A stretch of DNA of 64,000 nucleotides from NCBI GenBank assembly GCA_002773135.1, contig PFCB01000022.1:7591-71590 (forward strand), read 5' to 3'. The notes below the pieces were generated by a model that worked only from the letters and a program-made list of their open reading frames with translations, had not been told where the DNA came from and ran no database searches. This DNA is from Candidatus Magasanikbacteria bacterium CG10_big_fil_rev_8_21_14_0_10_47_10 (GTDB lineage Bacteria; Patescibacteriota; Patescibacteriia; Magasanikbacterales; UBA922). Within the stretch, counting starts at the first letter, position 1; the number at the start of each line of letters is the position of its first letter. The translations under genes were made by a program, and so were the position numbers. Of this stretch, positions 11,177-19,755 are shown piece after piece.

Positions 11177-12796
11177 CTAAATTTCATCCGGTTCTGTCAC
11201 TTCAACATGTCCAGGCATAATTTTGAGCCAGCGTTTGTGGAGCGATCCCAAAAGTTCCATAAGCTCCGGTGATCGAAGAAGATACAGCGTGACCGCGTAT
11301 ACGCCAATCCCCACCACACCCGTGGCGGCGCCTTGTACAAATATTCCCCAAAATCTCGTCATGTCCACAAGGCTCGCAATGGGTCCTTTGAGCCACTGCA
11401 TGAGCATTGCCATGGCAATGCCGCCAACCAATATCTTGTAGGATGATGTTGCAATGCTCTGGGCGTTCATGCTTTGGATTTTCCTCCGCAGAACAACTGC
11501 CAGAGTTGTAGCTTGAAAAACAGCTGCAATAGAAAAGGCAAGGGCAAGTCCGACTATTCCCATACTTTCCTTAAGTGAAAGCGCGGCAATAATGTTGATC
11601 AACACACTCACAAACGCAATAAGAAGCGGTTTTTGCGTGTCATGCATAGCATAAAACGCGCGTGTAAGGAGCGGAATAAGGCATTGCGCGAAAAATGAAA
11701 GCGCGAACAACGCAAGCGCGTTTGCCGTGGTGATTGTCGCGGACCAGTCAAATTTCCCCGCTCCCAAAACCACGCGAACGATTTGAGCGCGTAACAACAG
11801 AAAAACAACACTAAGCGGAATGATAAAAAAAAGAATTTGACGAATAGTATTGGACAGATGCGCGACAAACTCGTTTCGATCGTTTGCCGCAAAATATTCT
11901 GAAAGGGTGGGGAATGCCGCCAACGCGAAAGAAACGCCGATAATACCGACAGGAAAAAATTGCAAATTATTCGCGAAGTTATATATGGTAAGACTGCCGA
12001 TTGCAAGGGTGGATGCCAATATGGTTGTCACCACCATGTTGAGCTGGCTGGTAGCCAAGGTCAGGGTTCGAGGAATCATCAACTTGGCAATTTCGCGCAA
12101 TTCATGACTCTTTAGATCAATCAAGGGTTGGTAGCGGAATCCGGCATGGTAGAGCGTAGGCATCTGAATTGCCAGGTGAAGTACCGCACCGAGCAGCACA
12201 CCATACGCCAGCCCTGCCAGTCCCCAAAGCGGGACAAAAAATAGAGCGCCGATAATGATTCCAATGTTATAAAAAATAGGTGTGAGCGAATAGATAAAAA
12301 AACACTTCAATGACTGCAGAACGCTGCTGGCAATACCACTGAGTCCCAGCAGGAGTGGGCTTGCCAACATGATTCTCGATAAGAGCACAGTCTGACGCAT
12401 TTGATCGGGGTCAAATCCCGGCACTATCAACTTCATAACCCATGGCATAGCCAAAAAAAGTATGAGCAGCACTCCAACAAGGACAACAGCCAGTGAATTT
12501 ATCACGTTATTGGTCAAGACCGCTGCCTCCTTTTTATCCTTCATCCACACCGCCGTAAACACTGGGATAAAACCCGCTGACAGCGCGCCAACGATGATCA
12601 TGTTGTATACCAGATCCGGTATTCGAAAAGCTGCGTAGTAAACATCCAACTCTGTCCCGGCTCCAAACTGCGACGCAAAAATTCGGTCACGGATAACGCC
12701 AATGAACCTGCTCACAAAGGAGGCAGATCCAAGCACCAGCGCAGCGCCGGTAATTGTTTTTGTTTTTGCTGAAACAAATTTTTTAATCATAGCCAT
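11177..12796 (-). CDS. murJ: lipid II flippase MurJ/MviN
   Basis: Multi-TM protein with a MurJ-type N-terminus (GSASFVSRFIGVIRDRIFASQFGAGTELDVYYAAFRIPD). The start is ATG 12796 or 12790; the latter overlaps the corA stop as ATGA. The longer ORF from 12862 overlaps corA. Confidence 0.85.
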   Translation of the reverse strand: MAMIKKFVSAKTKTITGAALVLGSASFVSRFIGVIRDRIFASQFGAGTELDVYYAAFRIPDLVYNMIIVGALSAGFIPVFTAVWMKDKKEAAVLTNNVINSLAVVLVGVLLILFLAMPWVMKLIVPGFDPDQMRQTVLLSRIMLASPLLLGLSGIASSVLQSLKCFFIYSLTPIFYNIGIIIGALFFVPLWGLAGLAYGVLLGAVLHLAIQMPTLYHAGFRYQPLIDLKSHELREIAKLMIPRTLTLATSQLNMVVTTILASTLAIGSLTIYNFANNLQFFPVGIIGVSFALAAFPTLSEYFAANDRNEFVAHLSNTIRQILFFIIPLSVVFLLLRAQIVRVVLGAGKFDWSATITTANALALFALSFFAQCLIPLLTRAFYAMHDTQKPLLIAFVSVLINIIAALSLKESMGIVGLALAFSIAAVFQATTLAVVLRRKIQSMNAQSIATSSYKILVGGIAMAMLMQWLKGPIASLVDMTRFWGIFVQGAATGVVGIGVYAVTLYLLRSPELMELLGSLHKRWLKIMPGHVEVTEPDEI

Positions 12797-13707
12797 TTTT
12801 TGCTTCTCATCGTCCAAATCACAACGGTAACGATGATCGCGAGTACCGCGAACATTCCCCATATCGTCACCGCGTTGTCCGCAAACGGAAGACCAACGAT
12901 ATTCATACCGTAAATGCTGGCAAGCACGGTAAATGGCAGCATCGCCACCGAAATCGTTGTGAGAGATCCGATGACTTTATTTGTGCGCTGATTAATCAGC
13001 GACTCAACCGTGACATGGAGGCCATCAATAGTATCCTTATATGTATCAACAACCGCCCATGTTTTATTAAGGTAGTCGCTGATATCGTCAAAGTAAAGAG
13101 TTGTTTGCTCGTTTACAAATGGCTTACGCACATGAGAAAGTGTCGCAATTAAGTACCGCTGCGGATCTATAATCCTGCGTATTGTAAGAACAGCGCGCCT
13201 GTACACAGCAAGCTCCTTCACCATTTGAGTGTACTGCTGCCCATCAAAAATGGAGGTCTCAATTTTTGAAAGGGTGCGGCCAATGTTATTGATCATTGGC
13301 CGCGAATTTTTAAATAGTGATTCAAGCAGTCTATAGAGTAAGTAGCCGGAAGTGGCGTTCATCCAGTCCTTCTGAATTTTTTTATTTCGCATGCTTTTGT
13401 AAAAAAATTCTTTCATCTGTTTTGATTGTCCCCTCTGAATGGTTATGAGAAAGCCCTCACCAACAAAAATGCTAAGCTCCTCTGCAGTCACCTGCGTATT
13501 CTGTTGATCCCAGTACGGGAAATGAAGAATAAGAAACAAGTAATTTTTGTACGTGTCAAGCTTTGGTGTCTGCGCTTCACCCTGAATATCATCAAGGTCA
13601 AGGTGGTGAAAATTATATTTTTTTTTCAAAAAATCAAGAGCCGCATCATCGACTTGATCAATGTGCACCCATTTCAGAGTGTCTGCTTTGAGTGTTTTAA
13701 TTGCCAT
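12787..13707 (-). CDS. corA: magnesium/cobalt transporter CorA
   Basis: Two C-terminal TM helices with the YGMN signature (YGMNIVGLPF). The likely start is the internal ATG at 13707 (MAIKTLK...). Confidence 0.85.
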   Translation of the reverse strand: MAIKTLKADTLKWVHIDQVDDAALDFLKKKYNFHHLDLDDIQGEAQTPKLDTYKNYLFLILHFPYWDQQNTQVTAEELSIFVGEGFLITIQRGQSKQMKEFFYKSMRNKKIQKDWMNATSGYLLYRLLESLFKNSRPMINNIGRTLSKIETSIFDGQQYTQMVKELAVYRRAVLTIRRIIDPQRYLIATLSHVRKPFVNEQTTLYFDDISDYLNKTWAVVDTYKDTIDGLHVTVESLINQRTNKVIGSLTTISVAMLPFTVLASIYGMNIVGLPFADNAVTIWGMFAVLAIIVTVVIWTMRSKKWL

Positions 13708-14356
13708 AGGAGGCGTGTGTAGGAATAAATACGTCAATAGTCATGAGCGATGTTCCTATTCCGGAAGTATCGGCGGTAATGACGAGCACTCCTTCCACAT
13801 CATTTTTTTTGAATGAAAATCGGTACTCACCGGGTTCCTCGATTTGACGGCTGAGTGTAAAGTCATGTGACTCGTACTCGCGAGTATGAAAATCATATAA
13901 AAAAGATGGCTTCGTCGGCAGATTACGCCACTCAATGGCATACATGTCTCTGTGATCAGCCACAGGCTTTTGCACAAAGTCAGCAACGGATCGGATAAAA
14001 GATGTTTCTGGTGGCTGGTCACCGGTGACAACAAGGATTGGAGAGAGAACCGTTTTTGGAATGTAGGCGGCATACTCCAGTGCTCTGTTGCGAGCCACGC
14101 CGGGACGATACGAGATTGAAAAAACTTGTTCCGGATCGTATATGGGGATAGCGTCTCGAATGTCCGCTCCTAATTCGTGTATTTCCAATTCACGCGGCCC
14201 CGATAGGATCGAAAGCAAAATGGCAAAGGCGGCAATAAAAAAAACCATACAGCCACAGCCGATAAAACATGTCCGTTTGATACAAGAGCGCTGTCTGCCT
14301 ATTTGTTGCATTGGCGGCTCCTGTATGACGACAGTGTCATTTTTGTGTGGCATAGG
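13697..14356 (-). CDS. hypothetical membrane-anchored protein
   Basis: ORF with one TM (CFIGCGCMVFFIAAFAILLSIL) and a soluble domain of unknown family. The start is uncertain (14356, or the upstream alternative at 14467). It heads the corA-murJ-lepA run. Confidence 0.45.
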   Translation of the reverse strand, partial: PMPHKNDTVVIQEPPMQQIGRQRSCIKRTCFIGCGCMVFFIAAFAILLSILSGPRELEIHELGADIRDAIPIYDPEQVFSISYRPGVARNRALEYAAYIPKTVLSPILVVTGDQPPETSFIRSVADFVQKPVADHRDMYAIEWRNLPTKPSFLYDFHTREYESHDFTLSRQIEEPGEYRFSFKKNDVEGVLVITADTSGIGTSLMTIDVFIPTHASYGN

Positions 14357-14456
14357 AACAGTATCTATGATAGCAGAATTGGCACTGAATTGGTAGGCTG
14401 GTAATTTGTTTGGTATAGTAACCTGTAAAGCAGTATTATTAAGATCAACGGACAGT

Positions 14457-15812
14457 ATGAAAGTCACTTTTTTTGGTGCGGCGCATCAGGTTACCGGGTC
14501 GTGTCACCTTATTGAAACAAAGACAAAGCGTATATTATTTGATTGCGGCATGTTTCAGGGAGGTAATTATAATGAGGGCAGAAATGCAGATGCATTTCCG
14601 TTTGACCCGTCTGAGCTTGATGCTGTTTTTGTAAGTCATGCACACGCAGATCACAGCGGACGTGTGCCAAAGCTCATACGCGATGGATACGCTGGCGCGG
14701 TATACATGACGAAAGGCACTCGGGAGCTGGCGAAAATTATTTGGGATGATTCGCTCTCAATCATGCGGTATGACAATGAAAAATTTCAGCGGCCAATTTT
14801 GTTTGATGAACATGATATTGATGAGGCCTATGGCTGCTGTGATGGTGTGGACTATCATCAAAAAATTGACCTGGGTGACGGAGTGACTGCACTATTTAAA
14901 GATGCGGGGCATATATTTGGCTCATCCTTTATAGAGCTTCATGCAGACGGCAAAACCCTAGCATATTCCGGTGATTTGGGCAATAAGAATGCCCCAATCG
15001 TGCGTCCTACTGAAATGCTTGGGGAAATAGACGTACTTCTTATAGAATCAACCTATGGGGACAGACTTCATGAACCAGAGGGGCACAGAAAACAGCTTTT
15101 GCTTGATATTGTAAAAAAGGGGATAGCAAATGGAGGTGTGATTATGATGCCGGCCTTTTCCATAGAACGAACACAGGAAATTTTGTATGATTTGGATCAA
15201 CTCAAAGAGCACGATAAGACACTACCAAATTTACCGATCTACCTGGACAGTCCAATGGCTATTAAAGCGGGCAAAGTATACAAAGAATTTCCAGAGTACT
15301 ATGACGAAGAGGCTGCTCAGCAATATAAAATGGGTGATGATTTTTTACATTTTGACGGTTTGGAAGTAACACCATCTCGAGAAGATTCAAAGCGCATCAA
15401 TCATTCGCCAAATCCAAAGATGATAATCGCGGGAGCTGGCATGATGAACGGTGGGCGGATATTGCACCATGCGAAGCGATATTTACCAGATCCTGCATCG
15501 CTTCTTGTTTTGGTTGGATATCAGGCGCAGGGAACATTGGGTCGCAGATTGTACGAAGGTGCAGAGGAAGTTGAAATACATGGTGATAGAATTCCTGTTC
15601 GTGCAACGGTCACTGCTATTGGCGCGTTGTCAGCGCACGCAGATCAAGATAAGTTGGTTGATTGGGTTCGTTCAGCAAAAAAAACACCGGCAAAGGTGTA
15701 TTGTGTTCATGGCGAGCCGCATGCATCAACTGAGCTTGCTCATCGATTAAAAAAAGAAATTTCAGGTTTAGAAGCATTTGTTCCAGAAGAAGGGGAGACG
15801 GTTGAAATTTGA
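14457..15812 (+). CDS. MBL-fold beta-CASP ribonuclease (RNase J/CPSF-like)
   Basis: HxHxDH motif (SHAHADHSGRVPKL) plus a beta-CASP and RNA-specificity domain architecture, about 450 aa. Start taken at ATG 14457; the 14406 start is TTG. Confidence 0.75.
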   Translation: MKVTFFGAAHQVTGSCHLIETKTKRILFDCGMFQGGNYNEGRNADAFPFDPSELDAVFVSHAHADHSGRVPKLIRDGYAGAVYMTKGTRELAKIIWDDSLSIMRYDNEKFQRPILFDEHDIDEAYGCCDGVDYHQKIDLGDGVTALFKDAGHIFGSSFIELHADGKTLAYSGDLGNKNAPIVRPTEMLGEIDVLLIESTYGDRLHEPEGHRKQLLLDIVKKGIANGGVIMMPAFSIERTQEILYDLDQLKEHDKTLPNLPIYLDSPMAIKAGKVYKEFPEYYDEEAAQQYKMGDDFLHFDGLEVTPSREDSKRINHSPNPKMIIAGAGMMNGGRILHHAKRYLPDPASLLVLVGYQAQGTLGRRLYEGAEEVEIHGDRIPVRATVTAIGALSAHADQDKLVDWVRSAKKTPAKVYCVHGEPHASTELAHRLKKEISGLEAFVPEEGETVEI

Positions 15813-15844
15813 TTGCCTGGGTGAGCAATACAAATCAATCCATA

Positions 15845-16085
15845 GCTGCAGCCGTCGAGGTGTCGTTCCAGATGGTGAGGATACGACCTTCTCGATGCTG
15901 AGGATTGCCGCGCTGACTATTGTGGCACCTCTACCGCCACAAACTGTATTGATCACCCAGGGGTTCTCTCCTACCGCGTCATCGCGTCCTCCGGCCTGCT
16001 TGCCCGCCAGCGCGATGAACCCAACTGTGGTATCAGCGTACCAAGTCAGGCATGCAGGGACATCTGCGCACCCTCGGAAATGCGC
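15845..16085 (-). pseudogene. rhodanese-like gene remnant (no start codon)
   Basis: The minus-strand frame reads ...LEHWIIAHFRGCADVP...ENPWVINTVCGGRGATIVSAAIL..., resembling the rhodanese GHIPGA and active-site Cys-loop motifs. An in-frame TGA precedes it and there is no ATG/GTG/TTG start. It lies in a GC-rich island. Confidence 0.25.
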
Positions 16086-16133
16086 AATTATCCAATGCTC
16101 TAATCATATCAATCAGTTTGAATTGAAGCAAAC

Positions 16134-16160
16134 AAAAAAGCACCAATATGGCGCTTTTTT
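16134..16160. terminator. bidirectional intrinsic terminator
   Basis: aaaaaagcacc-aatat-ggcgctttttt: a GC core stem flanked by an A6 and a T6 run. Confidence 0.55.
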
Positions 16161-16448
16161 GTTCCGTCTATCTGCTAGAAGTAACAAAGAGAGGGGAATT
16201 GGGTGATACCGAAGTACCACCCGTGTGGGATTTACTAGGTTCCCGAACCTCTGTTAGCACGCCGCATCTGCCGTTGCAGATGGCCACAATGCGGCGAGAG
16301 CCGACAGTGGCGACCTATGTCGCCTTCACGCGGGATAAACCCGCGGAGCGTAGATTTCTCCACGCTCGCCAATGGCCAGGCATTGAATGCCGGGCACAAC
16401 TTTGGCGAGATACGTATCTCATCAGAGTTGTGCCTGTCACTTACTGAC
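16135..16448 (-). ncRNA. candidate structured ncRNA (about 310 nt) of unknown family
   Basis: On the minus strand it is bounded by a TTGACA-16-TATAGT promoter and the 16134-16160 terminator. The sequence is GC-rich, has no credible ORF in any frame, and carries at least 7 consecutive short hairpins (e.g. ggcgac-atag-gtcgcc, cgcggg-tttat-cccgcg, catctgc-aacg-gcagatg, cacaact...agttgtg). Confidence 0.35.
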
Positions 16449-16454
16449 CACTCA

Positions 16455-16482
16455 CTATAACAGACAATTATCATTCTGTCAA
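16455..16482 (-). promoter_or_regulatory. sigma70-like promoter driving the candidate ncRNA
   Basis: Minus-strand TTGACA (16482-16477), a 16-nt spacer, then TATAGT (16460-16455). Confidence 0.45.
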
Positions 16483-16639
16483 GTACTGCCAGCCTCTGTG
16501 GTGTGAATAACTAGAATATTGGCTTATTCTATCCAATTTTATCCATGATCATACCACCTTTGCAGATGGAATAGTCACGGGTGAGGTTGGGCAAGCAACC
16601 TCTGACCCTCCAATTGTACCCCTCTTGCCAGGGGCAGAC

Positions 16640-16891
16640 CTACGTGTGGTCGTTAAAGCCGTCGAGCGGGTCCTCGTCACGTCGCAGTGCGATTCGCGCC
16701 ATGTGCTCACAGGCGACGCCCAGTGCTACGCAGAGGAGCACGACTGCGGTAAAGAACCAGTTGACGGCGATGTTCGTCACATAGGCGTACCAGGCGAGGT
16801 ACATCGCGCCACCCAACAGCCCGAAGGCCACCAGGTAGAGCACAGTCGCTGCCGCGATCTGTGAGGGTCGCAGCCCTTTGTGCTTGTCCAT
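16640..16891 (-). CDS. GC-rich small two-TM membrane protein (hypothetical)
   Basis: 83 aa (MDKHKGLRPSQIAAATVLYLVAFGLLGGAMYLAWYAYVTNIAVNWFFTAVVLLCVALGVA...). Strong SD (GGAGA with a 4-nt spacer). Very high GC3. Confidence 0.55.
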   Translation of the reverse strand: MDKHKGLRPSQIAAATVLYLVAFGLLGGAMYLAWYAYVTNIAVNWFFTAVVLLCVALGVACEHMARIALRRDEDPLDGFNDHT

Positions 16892-16931
16892 GTTTTCTCC
16901 TTCTTGATGGACATCCCACCATACTATATCT

Positions 16932-16960
16932 TTGTAAACCTGTCAAGATTATGATACAAT
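16932..16960 (+). promoter_or_regulatory. sigma70-like promoter upstream of the 17002 gene and uvrB
   Basis: TTGTAA, a 17-nt spacer, then TACAAT, in an AT-rich spacer following the GC-rich island. Confidence 0.45.
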
Positions 16961-17001
16961 AATTGCGCTAAAACTAAATAAATATAATCCACAAATTGCA
17001 T

Positions 17002-17685
17002 ATGCCTGAGCGAATTATATCCGGAAAAGAAATTTTTGCGCTTAGACTTATAGATCAACATTCTAATAAAGTTTTGGCTGATAATCCCGGTATACTTGAC
17101 GATATCGCCGGTGGAGAGCTAAGTACAGAAGAGATTGCTATAAAGTATGAGGTTGCGCGCAAATATGGTGTTACACCTGAAATTGCTAAATCCATCATCA
17201 AGGGCATAGGTCAGCGTGAATTTTCTGCTGAAGAAAGAGCTAAAATTTTTGAGCCCAGGGTGCGTGAGAGTAGGCAGCGTGGAGGATATACAACATTGGC
17301 CGCAGGAACTGGAGTACATGGACTAACAGAGTCACAGCGACGAGATGCCTCACACAAGGCTGGTTCGGTCGCAGGGCCGCAGAGTTATAAAGAGAGATTT
17401 GGTTTGTTTGGGCTGGACAAGGAGACCCTAAGAAAAAGGATAGCGAGCAGTATGCGGGGGAAAGAAACTAGTTGGTTTAATCCCAACAATGTTCGCGATG
17501 GCAAAACAGAAGCAGAATATGCACTTTTTTTGGTTTCTCAACCAGATTATCAGTTGCACAAGGGAGACGTAGTTTCGCCGGATTACACAAAGATCATGGG
17601 AGCCGTAAACGCAATATTTGGGAGAAATCGTTCTAGGGCGGCAGTGAAGGGTTTTTTTGAAAATGAAAAAATGCGCAATCGTTAA
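17002..17685 (+). CDS. hypothetical protein (unknown family)
   Basis: 227 aa from ATG 17002 (the ORF at 16996 starts with TTG). Basic and hydrophilic, with no recognisable motifs. Its stop abuts the uvrB start. Confidence 0.5.
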   Translation: MPERIISGKEIFALRLIDQHSNKVLADNPGILDDIAGGELSTEEIAIKYEVARKYGVTPEIAKSIIKGIGQREFSAEERAKIFEPRVRESRQRGGYTTLAAGTGVHGLTESQRRDASHKAGSVAGPQSYKERFGLFGLDKETLRKRIASSMRGKETSWFNPNNVRDGKTEAEYALFLVSQPDYQLHKGDVVSPDYTKIMGAVNAIFGRNRSRAAVKGFFENEKMRNR

Positions 17686-19755
17686 ATGAATATGGAGAGT
17701 CTGAAGTTTAAACTTCAATCACAATACAAACCAGCAGGCGACCAGCCACAGGCCATAGAAGGCCTTGTTTCTGGTTACAAAAATGGCATGAAGCGACAGA
17801 CCTTGCTTGGGGTAACCGGATCAGGAAAAACATTCACCATGGCAAATGTTATTCAACAAACGCAACTGCCAACGCTTGTTATTGCACACAACAAAACACT
17901 GGCCGCCCAGCTATGCAATGAGTTTAGAGAATTTTTTCCAAACAATGCGGTTGAGTACTTTGTGAGTTACTATGATTATTACCAGCCAGAGGCGTACATG
18001 CCGGGTTCTGATACATATATAGAAAAAGAAGCGCAGATCAATGAAGAAATTGATCGCCTGCGCCACGCGTCTACTCAAGCCATTTTATCTCGCAAAGACA
18101 CTATTATCGTGGCGTCTGTTTCTGCTATTTATTCTCTTGGGTCGCCAAAAGAATATGAAAGCAGTGTGCTCCATTTGGAAAAAGGGCAAAAATTGGATAG
18201 ACGCAGCATGCTGGAGCGGCTGGTAGAAATGCAGTTTGAACGAACAAATGCGGATTTGACGCGTGGAACATTTCGCATGCACGGACAAATTTTTGATATC
18301 ATGCCGGTGAATGAGGAGCGGGTGTACAGATTTGAAATAGGGGAGGAGATTAACGCGATTGAACGGATTCATCCAGTATCAAGAAAAATTCTGAATGAAC
18401 TGCAAGACGCATGGATTTTCCCTGCCAAGCATTATGTCGCGACGCCGGCACAGCGAGAACGCGCAATAAAAAGTATTGATGCTGAATTAGTTAATCAGCT
18501 TGCTTTTTTTAAAAAAAGTGGAAAAGTGTTAGAACACGAACGATTAAAACGACGAGTAAAGTATGATATTGAAATGATTCGCAATGTTGGATACTGTAAT
18601 GGTATAGAAAATTACTCGAGCCATTTTGATGGAAGGGCGCCGGGCGAGGCTGCCTATACACTGCTTGATTTTTTTCAGCATGGTGCTGGTGAATACCTCA
18701 CGATTATTGATGAATCGCATGTGACTGTCCCGCAAATTGGTGCTATGTATCGCGGTGATCGTGCACGAAAAGAAACTTTGGTTGAACATGGGTTTCGATT
18801 ACCAAGTGCAAAAGACAACAGGCCGCTCACATTTGAGGAGTTTGACGAACGGGTTAAAAAAATTACATATGTTTCTGCCACGCCAGCAGAATATGAACTG
18901 AAAATCGCAGAGCAAGTGGTGGAGCAGATTGTACGGCCAACCGGCCTTATTGATCCTGAAGTGATCATTTGCCCTGTGACAGAAACAAAGACCAATGCAT
19001 CTCAGGTTGATGATGTGATTATGCGGATTCAAGAGCGAGTTGCTTCTGGCGAGCGCGCATTAGTGACAACACTGACCAAACGTATGGCAGAGGATTTGAC
19101 TGAGTTTCTCGACAAAAAAGGACTAAAGGTTACATATCTGCATAGCGACATTAAGACAATTGAGAGAATAGATATTATTGGTAAGCTTCGGAAAGGCGAA
19201 GTAGACGTCATTGTGGGTGTGAACTTGCTTAGAGAAGGACTGGATATTCCCGAGGTTTCTCTTGTGGCAATTTTGGACGCGGATAAAGAAGGATTTTTGC
19301 GGAGTGAAACAAGCCTTATTCAGACAATTGGTCGTGCAGCGCGGAACGTGAATGGGCAAGTGGTGATGTACGCAGATCACAGTACCGGATCCATTCAGCG
19401 TGCGATAGCTGAAACAGACCGACGCCGCACCGTGCAACTGGCGTATAATAAAAAACATGGCATAACACCAAAGACAATTGAAAAAGCAATTCGGAATATA
19501 TTGGAAGAATTTGGAATAGATACTGTGCAATCTGCAAATGGCATGAACGCGCGAAAAAAAGGAAGAGGAAAACGTGAGAGTTCTATATTGGAGCTCGATT
19601 TAATTGGTGATGCAAGGCCGATAGCAACAATTATTAAAGACAAAGAATCAAAAATGAAAGAGGCTGCAAAAAATTTGGAATTTGAATTAGCTGCAATTTT
19701 GCGCGATGAAGTGCGGGAGCTTCGGGCAAGAGAGAGGACAGGAGAGAAATTATGA
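17686..19755 (+). CDS. uvrB: excinuclease ABC subunit B
   Basis: 689 aa; Walker A (GVTGSGKTFTMANVIQ), helicase motifs and a C-terminal UVR domain. Confidence 0.95.
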   Translation: MNMESLKFKLQSQYKPAGDQPQAIEGLVSGYKNGMKRQTLLGVTGSGKTFTMANVIQQTQLPTLVIAHNKTLAAQLCNEFREFFPNNAVEYFVSYYDYYQPEAYMPGSDTYIEKEAQINEEIDRLRHASTQAILSRKDTIIVASVSAIYSLGSPKEYESSVLHLEKGQKLDRRSMLERLVEMQFERTNADLTRGTFRMHGQIFDIMPVNEERVYRFEIGEEINAIERIHPVSRKILNELQDAWIFPAKHYVATPAQRERAIKSIDAELVNQLAFFKKSGKVLEHERLKRRVKYDIEMIRNVGYCNGIENYSSHFDGRAPGEAAYTLLDFFQHGAGEYLTIIDESHVTVPQIGAMYRGDRARKETLVEHGFRLPSAKDNRPLTFEEFDERVKKITYVSATPAEYELKIAEQVVEQIVRPTGLIDPEVIICPVTETKTNASQVDDVIMRIQERVASGERALVTTLTKRMAEDLTEFLDKKGLKVTYLHSDIKTIERIDIIGKLRKGEVDVIVGVNLLREGLDIPEVSLVAILDADKEGFLRSETSLIQTIGRAARNVNGQVVMYADHSTGSIQRAIAETDRRRTVQLAYNKKHGITPKTIEKAIRNILEEFGIDTVQSANGMNARKKGRGKRESSILELDLIGDARPIATIIKDKESKMKEAAKNLEFELAAILRDEVRELRARERTGEKL

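Noticed and set aside
15778-16206. 142-aa plus-strand ORF and other ORFs of at least 60 aa in 15768-16474 and 16581-16946
   Set aside because: They overlap the RNase J stop or each other and lack SD sequences. Their Arg/Trp/Pro-rich low-complexity translations look like antisense or random frames of GC-rich DNA. The region is better explained by the rhodanese-like remnant, the ncRNA candidate and the 2-TM gene.
16135-16448. Assignment of the hairpin-rich RNA to RNase P RNA, tmRNA, SRP RNA, 6S RNA or a hammerhead ribozyme
   Set aside because: None of the defining conserved motifs is present. Checked: RNase P P4 halves; a tmRNA tRNA-like 3' end (GGUUCGAnUCC...CCA) and tag ORF; the SRP GGAA-containing domain IV. 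A CUGAUGAG segment is followed by GCCAAAG rather than the obligatory GAAA of a hammerhead core. It is left as an unknown family.
16456-16560. Tiny ORF MDKIG* after an AGGTGG motif on the minus strand near 16540
   Set aside because: Only 5 codons. The apparent similarity of its start (MDK) to the 2-TM gene is probably coincidental.
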